From: an uncultured bacterium
Lineage (GTDB): Bacteria > Verrucomicrobiota > Verrucomicrobiia > Limisphaerales > UBA8199
NCBI GenBank assembly: GCA_963749495.1
Contig: CAVVMW010000025.1
Span: 1-64,000 of the forward strand
Reading direction: 5' to 3'
Length of the DNA: 64,000 bases
In this document: piece by piece, positions 50,738 through 62,001 of the stretch
How positions within the stretch are numbered: position 1 is the stretch's first letter
Layout of the letters: each line of letters opens with the position of its first letter
Translations under genes and position numbers: made by a program
Notes under the pieces: generated by a model
Told to the model about the DNA's origin: nothing
Database searches by the model: none
Seen by the model: only the letters and a program-made list of their open reading frames with translations

Positions 50738-51280
50738 TTATGATTGGGTTCGAGTCCTACTGGCTCGCGTATCCTTCACTTTCGACTCCTGCGCTTCGGT
50801 AGGTGGCAAAGAAGGAAGCGCTGGTTTTTCGGCCGCCCTAGGGGTGGGTCTCTTCAGGAACCTTCGAGGCAGATCCGTGCTCTTGCTCGACATGCTGCCG
50901 GAAGTCGATGCTCCACTTGCTCTGTCCTCCCCTGGTCTCCTCAAATACTGGCGCGGGTCCTGATATTCTGCCTCCTGACGCTTTTTCAGGAGTTCCGCGT
51001 CGCTTCGTTCATAAATGCAGATCGGCCTCACGGTCCATTTCTCCCTGGCACTGTTGTAGGCGTCGATATATTTGCGCTTCAGATCCTCGTCAACGGTGAT
51101 TACAGGAACCGGGTACTCCTTCACCATCGCCCAGCAGTCTTCCAGCTTCTTCCTGCCCTCGTTGATCGCCTTCATGTCCTCGGCAGTGTAGGTTAGCCCG
51201 TAGTTCGTGCATTCAACAGTGATGTCCACGAGTTTGCGGTCCTCGGGGCGTTCGTCGTCCCAGATCCAGCGCTCTTCCAC
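50738..51280 (-). CDS. Hypothetical protein, possibly a relic of an integrative element
   Basis: 180-aa ORF between tRNA-like fragments; no recognisable motif. Confidence 0.4.
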   Translation of the reverse strand: MEERWIWDDERPEDRKLVDITVECTNYGLTYTAEDMKAINEGRKKLEDCWAMVKEYPVPVITVDEDLKRKYIDAYNSAREKWTVRPICIYERSDAELLKKRQEAEYQDPRQYLRRPGEDRASGASTSGSMSSKSTDLPRRFLKRPTPRAAEKPALPSLPPTEAQESKVKDTRASRTRTQS

Positions 51281-51382
51281 CTGTGCGCTAGCGAAGGGAT
51301 TGCGCCGTGGATACTCACCTGCAATGGTGACGCCCTACATGGATTCTGTAAGAGTTGTAAGTAATTGATAGAAAGCAAGATA

Positions 51383-51406
51383 TGGAGCGAGCGAAGGGAT
51401 TCGAAT
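51383..51406 (-). other. tRNA-Gly-like 3'-end fragment (att-site remnant)
   Basis: Reverse complement ATTCGAATCCCTTCGCTCGCTCCA (T-loop to CCA only); nearby TAAG-N17-CTTA site (51433-51457) and TTGATGCAAA x2 (51513-51532). Confidence 0.7.
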
Positions 51407-51803
51407 CATAAACCGGCTTTTTCGCATCTCTCTAAGCCACAGCAGGTTAAGCACTTACGAACTTCGTGTTCGGCGCGAAATCCGCACCAAAGGGCACCGA
51501 GGCGCACGGAGGTTGATGCAAATTGATGCAAAAGTTCCACTGGCACGCCTTGACGAGACCACTGCGGCTGTCCCAGTCCAGTCGCACGAGCAATTCCCAG
51601 ATCAATATCTTGCCGTATTCATCTGCCGCTCTGAACAAGCCTACGACTACCATACCTGCTCCGGTCTGGCAAGGGAAGGCTCGTTCGTTTTCGCTCGTTG
51701 GTCGCAAGCGCGAGTTTATTCGGACGTTGGCCATTCCCCGCCGCGCGACCCTGGTTCTAGCCAACTGGAGGGAGTTGGAATCGGAGGGTTGAAGCTGGTG
51801 CAT

Positions 51804-51850
51804 TGTGCCTCGGGAAGGGCTTGAACCTGCAACCGTCTGATCCGAATTCA
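51804..51850 (-). other. Degenerate 3' half of a tRNA-Arg(TCG)-like gene (att remnant or pseudo-tRNA)
   Basis: Reverse complement TGAATTCGGATCAGACGGTTGCAGGTTCAAGCCCTTCCCGAGGCACA: anticodon arm, T arm and acceptor strand; 5' half absent. Confidence 0.6.
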
Positions 51851-52316
51851 ACGCTTGCCGTCGAGAAGAGTCTTCAACTTCGAGGTGATTTCTGCCACGG
51901 CTTTAGCGGGCGACCAAACAGGGTTGCGATCTTGATCCCAATTCACGGGGGAAGGGGTATCGCAAAAAATCCCGTAGGCCCGGAAGGCTCGCCGGCCTTC
52001 TGATACGTGCCATCAGAAGGCGCTGGTCATGTCCGGCGGTTCGGGTTGGCGCCTTGTCCAAGACTCGATGGTGTTCAGGATGTGCATAGTCGCGTCCATT
52101 TCCCCTCCTCGTGCGTTGGTGTGGACGCACGAGATCCACTGGCTTGCGTTGAAACACGCGGTCAACCAACGGTCGCAGTTGCCCTCTCGGTGAAACCGGA
52201 GGCGGGGTAAACCGCGCTGATTCTTTGAACGCGTGAAGGAATCTCAGAGACCTACGGTCGCTTGGCACTTGATTCCGCCTTGCTCTTGGCGATTACGGGG
52301 AGACACTATGCCGAAC

Positions 52317-52517
52317 ATGACAAACGATTCGAGCAGCACCAGGGCCAACCTCATCGAACGTCATGGGGTAGAAGATGCCCAGCGTGCTCAGCGGTTGTTC
52401 ACGATTGGCTATGGCGGTCGGAAGCCGGAGGAATTGATCGTGCTCTTGCGCAGCCGAGGCGCGAGTAGCATCGTGGACGTGCGGTTGCGGCCCGACCGAG
52501 CGGCGATGGGCGTTTAG
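52317..52517 (+). pseudogene. DUF488-family protein, N-terminal fragment
   Basis: [18 protein letters not shown]....SIVDVRLRP followed by an early stop. Confidence 0.7.
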
Positions 52518-54019
52518 ACCTCGGTTCAGAAGTATCCAGACATGAGCGCCACGGGAGCGCGGTTGGGCCGCTTCTCCCAGTACATCGGCGTCCAGGGTGT
52601 ACTCCGCGAGGCCGAACGCGGCGGCCTCGTTCATGGCACCCAACGTGTAAGCGCCGACTCGCTTCGCCACGGTCGCCAAGTCTGCCCTCAATTTCTTCCA
52701 GACGCTTTTGTACGCGTCTTGTACCGTGGCCGCGGCATCGGAGGAGAAGTCCTTGAGCCTGTAGAGCCTCGTTTCCGGCCGCGCCGCCTCGAACACGTCA
52801 GCCCTCCGCAGGTCGGCGGCGATGAGGCCGGGATCTCCGCCAGCGCCGAGGCGGCCTGGCGCGAGATGTGGGCCTTCACGCGCTCTGGGCGCAGTTACCC
52901 GGGAGCGAACCGCCGGCTTGACGAAACTAAACCTTCGGAAGAAAAGAGACGCAATCACGCGGCTCTTTTCTTCTTCTCGTGTTGGCACATTTCGGCCCAA
53001 CCCAGGTAGTTGATCGTCGAGCTGCAATTGCAACCATCCTTGATGCCGTTTCGCCTGCGTGGGCAGCCTGGTCCCTGAACGCAGGTCGCACGATCCTCAG
53101 ATGGCCGGAACTTCCGCACAACGGGTAGTCAACGACACATATTCAGGGAACCCTTGTATGACGAATATCAGATGAAGAGCCGAGAACTCAACAAAATCAC
53201 ATGCGGCGTATGACGAATAGAGAGAATATGTCACGTGTGCAAAGAAACTCCCGCGTCGGTTTTTGAGGCAACGCGGCTCCAGCCTCGCTCGGTTTGAGCT
53301 TGGCTGGGTTTAGGGTTAGCAGCAGCGGTGAGTGTTGTGGAGCGGTAGTCGTTTTCCACGAGGCGGAGGTCTGTTGGGACAACGGCGGTGGTTTTCGGTC
53401 GGGGGGTGCGGAGTTTAGGGAGTGGGGAGATTGGTTGCAGGAAAAGACGGCGTCGGGCAGCGACGGGCGGGTGACCCCATGGCCACCCTATGGCGTGGCC
53501 GGGTCGCCGGCGATCGGGTGCCAGACATGGGGTTGCGGGGCGGATGGTGTTGGGACCAATGCCAGGGATTGGGGATCGGTGTTGTGTGGTCATCCGGGTT
53601 GGTTTGGCGGAGGTCCGGAGTGGGCGTGGCGGCATTAGAGGGCAGTGGCCGCTACGAGCGACGGGACTGTCGGTCCGGGGGCCATCGGGGTTGCTTTGGT
53701 GGCGGCGTTTCGGGGAGATGATGATTGGACTGGGACAGGGGTTGTCGTTGGGCCGCCAGGGGTTTGCGCGTGGTTTGAGGATTGAGGTCTGGCTGGGGCA
53801 TCTCGAGGCGGGACCGCCAGGGCTGATCTGGCGGGTGGCAGCCCTGCCGTTTTTTGGGGGCTGGATCACGGCGTTGATGCTCCCCATCGCCGCCCGAACG
53901 CGCACTTCCCAGCCGGAGCGGAGACTGAAACGTTGTCCATTGGTGTCCGCCATTGCCTGAACCAGGCGCGCAAGCCGCCGGACGTGGGACCGACCCTGGC
54001 CGTTTGGGCTCGAGATTGT

Positions 54020-55369
54020 TCACTTTCCGATTGTCTGCTGGGGCGGTTCGATTTCGACCAGCAGAACTTCATCCGGAACTTCCAGTTTTGCCTGACTCGA
54101 GGCCGCGAGTCGTTCTGTGGGCTCGGCGGAAGCGTTTGGCCGGAAGAGACGGATCTCGGGCGCGGTCCAGGGCAACGTCAGGGTTACCGTTGCCTGGGGC
54201 ACCTCGAGGTCACGGTGGGTTTTCGCATCGTAGGGGGCCACTTCCTGGAAGAGGGCAAGCCAGAACGTGCCGTCCCGCTTTTGCAGCAGGGTTAGGTGGA
54301 GATCGTTGGTCGCTCCGGAAAGCTGGAAGGCCAGAGAGCCCGTCGGGCTGGCCGGGCCGGGGTCGGCCAAAAGGTGGAGCAGGTTCTTGAGCGCATGGAA
54401 GGCCGGCTTGGGCGCGCCGTTGGTACGGACCAGGCCAAAGTGCCTCTCCATATCGGTGAAGCCGGGGTCGGGTTTCTCGTCGAGCAGTTCGTATTTGTAA
54501 GCCCTGGTCATGCCCCGGTTGAAATAGACGAACAACAGGCGCGGCAGGTATTTCGCGTGCGCCGCCTCGCTCACGCCCGGATGCCCCTGCTCCTCCATCC
54601 GGTTATGATAGCCGCACTCGGTCACCAGGATTGGCTTGTCGCCGCTGACCTTGCCGGCTTCGGCAATGGCGCGCTCCATGGACAAGCCCCAGCCCCAGTG
54701 CCGGCTGGGCGGGTTGCCGGCGGCGTAGGGATGCATGTTGCCAAAATCCAGATACGGCGTCAGGTCACCCAGCTTGGCCAGGCTGTCGCGCAGGTTCGCC
54801 ACGGAGGAGACAGCCACGGGCAGGTCCCGGGTTGCCGGGTCGCCCTTGACCGCCCCGTAAAGCCTCTGTTGCTCGGCTCGGATCCGCGGGACCCAGTCCC
54901 CTCCGCGCCCATCCGGCTCGTTGACCCCCTCGATGGCGAAGAGCACGGACCGGAGCTGTCGCGCCCGTTCGACTGCCCGCTTTGAATCCGTGATGAACAG
55001 GAGCCGAATGCCGTGCTGGCCCAGGTCGAGGTATTTGCGCAATACGTCGTCATTGAAGGTGCCATCCCGGATATGCCGGACACCCAGTTCCATCAAGCGG
55101 GGTTTGACCATGCCTTCGTAATCGCCGTAGGCGGTGTCATAGTAGCCGAGGTGCGTATTGACACCAAAAAAGTCCACGAAAGCATCGGCAGGCCGGGTCG
55201 ATTCGGCCCTGGTAGTGGCCGAGGCGGCGCACAGCGCCATGGCCAGGACAGAGCTGAAAGCCGGCGCCAGCCGTATGAAGAGCTGGAGCGCTTTGGGACG
55301 TCGGCAAGCCGGGATCCCCTCGGCGGTGGCGGCGATGGGGCCGCGATGACATGTCAGGCTAAGTTTCAT
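54020..55369 (-). CDS. Secreted clan GH-A-like glycoside hydrolase
   Basis: FGVNTH, AIEGVNEPD (acid/base), NMHPY, ILVTECGY (nucleophile), HFGLVR..GAPKPA. Confidence 0.75.
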   Translation of the reverse strand: MKLSLTCHRGPIAATAEGIPACRRPKALQLFIRLAPAFSSVLAMALCAASATTRAESTRPADAFVDFFGVNTHLGYYDTAYGDYEGMVKPRLMELGVRHIRDGTFNDDVLRKYLDLGQHGIRLLFITDSKRAVERARQLRSVLFAIEGVNEPDGRGGDWVPRIRAEQQRLYGAVKGDPATRDLPVAVSSVANLRDSLAKLGDLTPYLDFGNMHPYAAGNPPSRHWGWGLSMERAIAEAGKVSGDKPILVTECGYHNRMEEQGHPGVSEAAHAKYLPRLLFVYFNRGMTRAYKYELLDEKPDPGFTDMERHFGLVRTNGAPKPAFHALKNLLHLLADPGPASPTGSLAFQLSGATNDLHLTLLQKRDGTFWLALFQEVAPYDAKTHRDLEVPQATVTLTLPWTAPEIRLFRPNASAEPTERLAASSQAKLEVPDEVLLVEIEPPQQTIGK

Positions 55370-56352
55370 CACCTGGTCCTCATAAACTTGTGGGTCAAAT
55401 CCAGCGCCGAGCGGGTGAACGTCCACGCCTCGGTCTCCGGCAGGCATTTGGGATTGCCCGACTGCAGCCAGCTCTCGATGACGAGCTGGTCCGGCCGGCC
55501 ATCCACCATTGCATAGGCAACGCCTTGGTGCATGACGGCTATATACCAGGAGGATTCGTCGGCAAGGCCTTTGCGCTCTACCACGGGCAGGTCGGAAGCC
55601 CAGTAGATGAGGCTGAAGGGCAGCCTTCGCCGGCGGCAGGCCAGTTCGATCTGCCGCACCTCGCCCCAACAACCATGATCCTGCACGATGAAGTTGGCCC
55701 AGTTCACGTCAAGCCGGTAGAAGTCCAAACCGCGCACGCCCATTTCCGCGAGCTCCCTCTGGAGGGCCTCGATCCACCAGATATGGTCGGCCAGAGGGAT
55801 GGACGGACAGGTCTCGATGTCGCCGATTTTGATCTGCGGAAAATGCCGGCGGACGAGGGCGATGTAGTTCGCCGTCTCCTGGACGGCGTAGTCGTCGGGC
55901 TTTTTGATGTGCAGGCGGCAGCAGAGCAGCGGCTCGTCCATCGCAATAGCGTAGAGATTGGCGCCGAGCTTCTGAAGCTGGTCCCAGATCGGCTCCTCGA
56001 CATTGAAGCATGCCTCGCCGGTCTGGCCCCACGGCTTAATCGCGCCGACCTCCATCCCAAACTTGAGCTTCCACTCGTTCAACTGGCCGAACCACTTTCG
56101 CAGCTCGTCATCGGTAAATTGCCGCTTCAGGTTGTGATCGGCATAGAAAAGCACATCGATTAAGGATCGCGTCTCCTTCCACTCGTCCGGCTTTTCGAAC
56201 AGCTCGCGGAAGTATCGCCCGTTGTCACAGCTCGGAGGTCCCATCCATACTTCCGGCCGCGCCTGGGGGGTCTGTGCCCGGCAGATGCCGACGCTGGCGC
56301 ACAGAGTCAGGGTCATGGCAAACAAGCGGAGGCGCTTTCTAGGTTTGTGCAT
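55369..56352 (-). CDS. Secreted hypothetical protein (possible TIM-barrel glycosidase fold)
   Basis: Signal peptide; IAMDEPL, IGDIE, LVIESW; stop overlaps the downstream ATG. Confidence 0.7.
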   Translation of the reverse strand: MHKPRKRLRLFAMTLTLCASVGICRAQTPQARPEVWMGPPSCDNGRYFRELFEKPDEWKETRSLIDVLFYADHNLKRQFTDDELRKWFGQLNEWKLKFGMEVGAIKPWGQTGEACFNVEEPIWDQLQKLGANLYAIAMDEPLLCCRLHIKKPDDYAVQETANYIALVRRHFPQIKIGDIETCPSIPLADHIWWIEALQRELAEMGVRGLDFYRLDVNWANFIVQDHGCWGEVRQIELACRRRRLPFSLIYWASDLPVVERKGLADESSWYIAVMHQGVAYAMVDGRPDQLVIESWLQSGNPKCLPETEAWTFTRSALDLTHKFMRTR

Positions 56353-56389
56353 AAATTCTTATCGATTCAGAGTGGGAATTCGTTTCAGC

Positions 56390-58600
56390 TCACAAATTCG
56401 TGCCGCTGACTTTCGCCCAAGGCGAGAACGCACCCATCGCGTGCTGCCGGATCTTGCGCTTCCAAATTCTGTCTCCGCAGAAAGCAAACAGTGTGTCCTT
56501 GTCCGGGCCGCCGAGGGCGACACCGATGACACGACTGCGGTCGGGTACGGGGAGAATGACTTGCGTCGGACCGTCGTCGGCGCTGATTTGGACGCCGGTG
56601 CGTGTGGCGATGAACTGGCGGCCTTCAATGGAGTAGCAGATACTCTCCGGGCCAGCGTCGTCGTCCCAATCGGCGACGAATAAATGGAAGAACCGCTCTT
56701 TGTTGCTGAGTGTGCCGTCGGCCTTGATCTGGTAGCTATAAACCCATTTCGAGTGGCCTTCGGCAACCGAGAGCAGCCATTGGTCGGGCCGGTAAGCCAT
56801 GCCAGTGGCGAACTTGATGCCGCTGTCCACCAGCGTCTTCTTGCCATCCTTAATCAGCCAGACGGTGCCGGGCAGGTTGGCTCTTCCGTCGTTGCTGGTG
56901 ACGTAAAGGCCGCCATCCGGGCGCGCGAGGATCGAGTGACCGACAATCCCATCCATCACAACGCTGGCTTTGCCTGTCGCATCGTAACGCATGACCTTGC
57001 CGGATTTCTCTGAAATAGCGAACAGGGTGCCATCCACGCCGACGGTGACGCAGTGGGCTTGCGCGGCGTCTTCGGCAAAGACACTGACTTTTCCACCGAG
57101 GCCGATGCGGTGGATCTTGTTCGCAGAGGTGTCAGCAAAGAAGACCTCGCCGCTCGCGTTGCACGCCGGGCCGCGCGTGCTCTTGAAACCTTCGGCGACC
57201 AGTTGCCAATCCTCGCCCGGATTCAAGATCTCCTGGGCGCGCGGCGCGCTGGGGCCGGCCTTCACGCGCTCGGGCCAACCCCGCCACAGATAGGCCATCG
57301 CCTCCCGCCAATGCTCGAGGTACCCGGCGACATGGGGGCCATCAATGACGCGGAACTGGTACTCGTAGCCGGAGAACTTCAGCGCTTTCTCCATCTCCTG
57401 GTCGAGCAGAAACCAGTCGCCCGCGCAGTTCTCCATGTCGTGCGTCGCCGTCGTGAGAAAGGCGCGGATCGGCTTTGCCTCAAACTTGCGCACCATCGTC
57501 GGGAACTCGTGCCCGCTGCGGAAGGCGACCCAACTCCCGCTCGCTGCATACACCCGGCTGAAGGCCTCGGGCCGGTTCCACGCCGCGGTGAATGCCGCGA
57601 TGCCGCCGCTGCTGCCGCCGGACATGCAACGGTCATTGCCGTTGGTCGAGAGGTTGAGTCGATACTCCTTGGCCACGAAAGGCAGCAGTTCCTCGATCAG
57701 GAATCGTACGTTGTTGTCGCTGACGCCGTCGTATTCGAAGTCGCGGTTGCGCCGGCCGAGGGTGCCTGGCATCGGCGCGGGCAGGTCACCGGGCCGCACG
57801 AACACGCCGATCGTCACAGGCATTTCCTTCGTCGCAATCATCGTCTCCAGGAGCATCTTTTCGCGTGGGTTAAAGCCGTCGGTCCTCACGTAAACGCACG
57901 CGGGCAACCTGCCGTCGTATTGAGCCGGGATGAACACCGTGACCTCGCGCACCGTGCCGGGAAAGATCTTGCTCTGAGTGAAAGTGAATTGCTTCGTCAT
58001 GCCCGGCAGAATGTCCTCCGGCTTGATGGCGGGCGGCTCGTGTTTCGGTATGGAATTCGCCGTCTGCCCCTCGGCAACGCCGCTGCCGGCGAGCGGACGG
58101 ATGAACCACTGCAAGTGCAGGTCCGTTGCCTGGTAGGTCCAGAGGTCAATCTTCGCGCCGGCGCTCCGCTTCCCGCCGAAATGGTCGAGGCCCAGGCCCG
58201 GGGCGTGTTTCGGGATGAGCGCGTAGCTGCCGTTCTCGTGCTTCGTCAACGCCCAGAGTTGCGAGGGCTTGCCGCTGTCCTTCTCCAGGACAATGGCCGT
58301 GCCAATATTGGTGCCGCTCCGCGCCGCTGTGAGCGCGAGCGACGGTTCGTGCGCGGGCTTCACCTCGAAAAACCCTGCCTCCTTCGCCACGACAATCCAT
58401 TTCTGGTGCGGTTTGCCGGCCGGGCCGTTGATCGAGACGGCCGTGCCGTCTGCGGTGCCGCCGTCCACGGCCTCGAGCACGAAGTCCTGCGCGCTGGCCG
58501 GCACGAGGCTATAAGCGCCCTGGTCTTCAACTGCGGCGCCGGTGGTGAGTGCGGCGAGAACCAGCGCCGTGACGAGCAAGAATGATCTCATAACCGGCAT
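56390..58600 (-). CDS. Ricin-type lectin + alpha/beta-hydrolase (Fes-like esterase) + SMP-30/gluconolactonase fusion
   Basis: QKW/QLW/LQW ricin repeats; GGSSGG nucleophile elbow; beta-propeller GEVFFADT...GPESIC...GGPDKDTLF. Confidence 0.85.
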   Translation of the reverse strand: MPVMRSFLLVTALVLAALTTGAAVEDQGAYSLVPASAQDFVLEAVDGGTADGTAVSINGPAGKPHQKWIVVAKEAGFFEVKPAHEPSLALTAARSGTNIGTAIVLEKDSGKPSQLWALTKHENGSYALIPKHAPGLGLDHFGGKRSAGAKIDLWTYQATDLHLQWFIRPLAGSGVAEGQTANSIPKHEPPAIKPEDILPGMTKQFTFTQSKIFPGTVREVTVFIPAQYDGRLPACVYVRTDGFNPREKMLLETMIATKEMPVTIGVFVRPGDLPAPMPGTLGRRNRDFEYDGVSDNNVRFLIEELLPFVAKEYRLNLSTNGNDRCMSGGSSGGIAAFTAAWNRPEAFSRVYAASGSWVAFRSGHEFPTMVRKFEAKPIRAFLTTATHDMENCAGDWFLLDQEMEKALKFSGYEYQFRVIDGPHVAGYLEHWREAMAYLWRGWPERVKAGPSAPRAQEILNPGEDWQLVAEGFKSTRGPACNASGEVFFADTSANKIHRIGLGGKVSVFAEDAAQAHCVTVGVDGTLFAISEKSGKVMRYDATGKASVVMDGIVGHSILARPDGGLYVTSNDGRANLPGTVWLIKDGKKTLVDSGIKFATGMAYRPDQWLLSVAEGHSKWVYSYQIKADGTLSNKERFFHLFVADWDDDAGPESICYSIEGRQFIATRTGVQISADDGPTQVILPVPDRSRVIGVALGGPDKDTLFAFCGDRIWKRKIRQHAMGAFSPWAKVSGTNL

Positions 58601-58648
58601 CGTATCGAACGATCCGAAAAGGGTCACCGCTGAAGTGAACCGTCCGCT

Positions 58649-59230
58649 CTAGTATTACTCTGTTAAGTAGTAACAGGCAAAAAGTCTTTAAATTCCGTCA
58701 GACAGCAAGGACAGAAGCCGCGCGAACGCACGATCAACGGCCTCATCTCTCGCAGTGCCTGTTCCCACGTGAGGCCAGAAGTTTTTTTTAGTGCGCAAGT
58801 AATCCAGCACCACATAGAGGTAAGCAATAGCCGACATCACCAGGTGATGGTGAAACCCACGCCAACTGCGTCCCTCATAATGATCTAATCCCAGGTCGTC
58901 CTTGCCTCGCTGGAAGTATTGCTCGATGGGCCAGCGTCCGCGGCTCAAGCGCAGGCTCCGACCCTTGCTGGGGGCTTGCTTGAGCCAGGCCACGTATAAG
59001 TGGTACGGATCGGCCTGGCCCTCCGGCCAATCAACCACCAGCCAACATGCCGACCAATGTCCGGTCTGCTCGTCCAGGTCACTGTTGAGATAAATCTGCC
59101 GCCAAGCCAACCGCGTCGTGCGTCTCTCGCCACCTGCTGCGTCCCAAGCCGCACCGTGCCATTGCGTCATAGGGCCGGTCAGCCGCTTCAGGTCTTAGAA
59201 AGCCGCAGATGGCAAGCGGTGCCTGGAGGA
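58649..59230 (-). pseudogene. IS701-family transposase 3' remnant with element end
   Basis: RWPIEQYFQRGKDDLGLDHYEGRSWRGFHHHL; end CTAGTATTACTCTGTTAAGT. Confidence 0.82.
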
Positions 59231-59416
59231 AAGCGCCAGATCGCTTGAAAGCTACCCATATTGCTGCTCATCGTCAAAATACTACGCCCGCGTCCGCTGG
59301 CACCATCGCAGCCTGTCGTCTCCGATTTGGGGATAAACATCAATAAGCGCCAAAGGACAGTTTCTTCCCGGCCTCCCGCGACGGAACCTGAACCTGAGCC
59401 GTCCGAAGACCGCGCC

Positions 59417-59938
59417 TTAGTCCTTTCGATACCACGGTAGCCGGCTTAACGATGCGGGCACCTCGATACGACACGGGCCCGTTACGGTGCTGCCCTCGTC
59501 GCCTTTCCACGTTCCGGGTGGGAACTGGATGGTCCGGCGGACTGCCCCTTTCTCCTGCACCGGCGCCACCAAGATCCTGGGTCCCAGAAGGAACTCGTCG
59601 GTGATGCCCGCGTAACCCAGCCCCGGATACTCATACTCCAGAGCTCGCACGATGGGTTCGCCCGTCTTCGCCGATTCACGGGCCAGGGCCAGGATCTCCC
59701 CGCCCAAACGCGTGTGCAGCTCAGCCATGCGCCGACAGATGGCCAGGTTTTCCCTGTTCAGGACGCGCCAGGGGGCGACGGAGAACTGCATCATCGGCAT
59801 CAGGGCGTGGCAGTGCGCGGCCCGCACAATCAGTTCCTGGTCCACGTTCGTGAGGTCGAGAAACGACAGGTAGTCACCTCCGCCGATCAAGTCCGGGCAA
59901 GTGAACGGATAGCCCATGAGGCCTTGACCGATGCTTTG
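59417..59938 (-). pseudogene. Glycoside hydrolase (GH31/GH36-like) 3' fragment
   Basis: GLMGYPFTCPDLIGGG, PMMQFSVAPW, GEPIVRALEYEYP, DEFLLGPRILVAPV; 5' part deleted. Confidence 0.8.
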
Positions 59939-60315
59939 GGATGGCGGGCGATCTTGGCCGGTATGTCGGCAAAGAACCGGCGGTCAAGCGGATCGGGAAA
60001 CCGGTAATTCGCGAGCGTCGGCTCCGGCAATACGCAGCCTTCGACGATGCCGATGTCCTTGTCCACGCTGCGGTCCCACACGACGCCGAATACATCCCGC
60101 GTCCGGTTCTCTCCAAGGTCCTCGAAGAAGCCGATGGCGGAGCCAAGTTCGAGAATGTGATTATCGATGGCGGCTTCGGCCGCATTCTCACCGCCGAAGT
60201 GGTCGGTGAGCATCGCCCAGGGCTCCTTGGTGAATTGGAAATGCCACGGGACATAAGGTGGATGCCTGCCCTCGAACACCAGTCGAACGACATCGCGTTT
60301 GCTGAAAGACTTCAT
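59938..60315 (-). pseudogene. Uroporphyrinogen decarboxylase-family (URO-D/methyltransferase-like) protein, 5' fragment
   Basis: PPYVPWHF.FT, RDVFGVVWDRSVDKDIG, YRFPDP; truncated by fusion to the GH fragment. Confidence 0.7.
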
Positions 60316-60333
60316 GAGAATCTTGTGGGTTCA

Positions 60334-61960
60334 CTAGAAAAATCGGATATAGAGCGCGAGCACACAAAGGACGAGCACTGTGGCCCAAAGCCCAAACGAA
60401 CGCCACCATGGGATGGAGCGCACGAAGTCGGCGACTTCGGGAGTGAACGACCGGTCCACGATGGCCTGGGCGGGAACCTCGGGCGAGCGGGTGCGGAAGA
60501 CCCAGAGGATTAGCCACGCGAAGGCAAAGTCAATCACCGCGCGCGTCAGGAACGCAACCGTTGGCACCCACTTTAGGTTCTCGGCCAGGGTAAAGCAGAT
60601 GGCCCAGACGGGCCCGGCGATGATCGCAATGAGACTGCCTTTGGCATTGGCTCGGCGGTAGAAAAACCCGGCCAGGAACAGCGCGCACACGGAAGGATAC
60701 GCAATGGACCAGTATTTTTGGATATAAATGAAGATTCCTTTGAGGTCGCGCAGGAAAAAGCCCACTACGACCGCCACGATGAGCACCAGTGTCGTCGCCA
60801 CGCGGCCGACCCGCACGAGGTTGGCGTCTTCGCCGCCCTTGCGGAAGTACTGCTTGTAGATGTCGAAGGTGATGATGGAGGAGCTGGCGGCGAGCATCGA
60901 GGCGATGTGGGACATGACGCACCCGACCAAGCCCGCCATCACCAACCCGGTGCAACCGGCCGGGAGCAACTGCTTGACGAGTGTCGGGAACGCCAGGTCG
61001 CCCCTTTGCAGGACACAGGCGTCGCGCAGCAGTCCCGGTGGCGGGATTGTACAACCGGAACGCAATGATGCCCGGCAGGACCACCAGGACGGGCACCAGC
61101 AGTTTCAAGAACCCGGCGAAGACCGCGCCCATCTGCCCGTGCCACACGTTGCGGGCCGAGAGCGAGCCCTGAGTGATGAACTGGTTGCAGCCACAGTAGA
61201 ATATATTGGCTAGCCATAGCCCGCCGAAAAACACGCCGATCCAGGGCAGTTCCGGGTCGTTCCAGGGCCGTACCATGTGGAACTTCTCAGGCGCACCCGC
61301 GACGATGGCCTGCAAGCCGCCCCAGGCGCCATTACCGAATCCTGGCGCGAGCCGGCCCACTTGCTGCAAGCCCAGCCAAGTGACCAGCAATCCGCCCACC
61401 ACCAGTACCGTCACCTGGATGATATCCGTATAGGCCACGGACTTGAACCCGCCGTAGATGGCATAGGCACCCGCCAACCCGAAGATCAGAAGCCCGTATT
61501 CCAAGCGCAGCCCGAAGATGGAGTGCACCGCGAGGGCTCCTGTGTAGAGTACCGCCGCCAATTCGATCACGATATAACCGATGAGGCTAATGATCGCATA
61601 GACGAGCCGCACCCGGTGATCAAACCGCCGTTCCAGGAATTCGGGCATGGTCGTGATTCGAGTCTTGAGATAGTACGGCAGGAAGAACTTCGCGTACAAG
61701 ATCAGGGCCAGCGCTGCCATCCATTCGAAGCTGGCGATGGCCAGGCCGACATCAAAGGCCAAGCCTGACATCCCGATGAAATGATGCGTTGAGATATTCG
61801 CTGCGATCATCGATCCGCCGATCAACCACCACGTCAGGTTCCGGCTCCCCAGGAAATAATCGTCGGCCTTCTTCTGGCGGCGCGACGCGACGAACCCGAC
61901 GGTGGTAACCACGGCCAGGTAGATGCCGAACACTATCAGATCAGGATTGAGGCGAGGCAT
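60334..61960 (-). CDS. Sodium:solute symporter (SLC5/SSS; frameshift at ~61035)
   Basis: DYFLGSRNL.WW.IG.S.IAANIS, TTMPEFLERRF, GGFKSVAYTD, NQFITQ. Confidence 0.9.
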
Positions 61961-62001
61961 TCGGCTCCTTCTATGGCAGCGGCGATTGGGCCGGTTGGTT
62001 T

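Noticed and set aside
53150..53990. Possible degenerate IS66-like transposase remnant with a GTATGACGAATA duplication
   Set aside because: Frames are too broken to support a family call by eye; TBLASTN is needed
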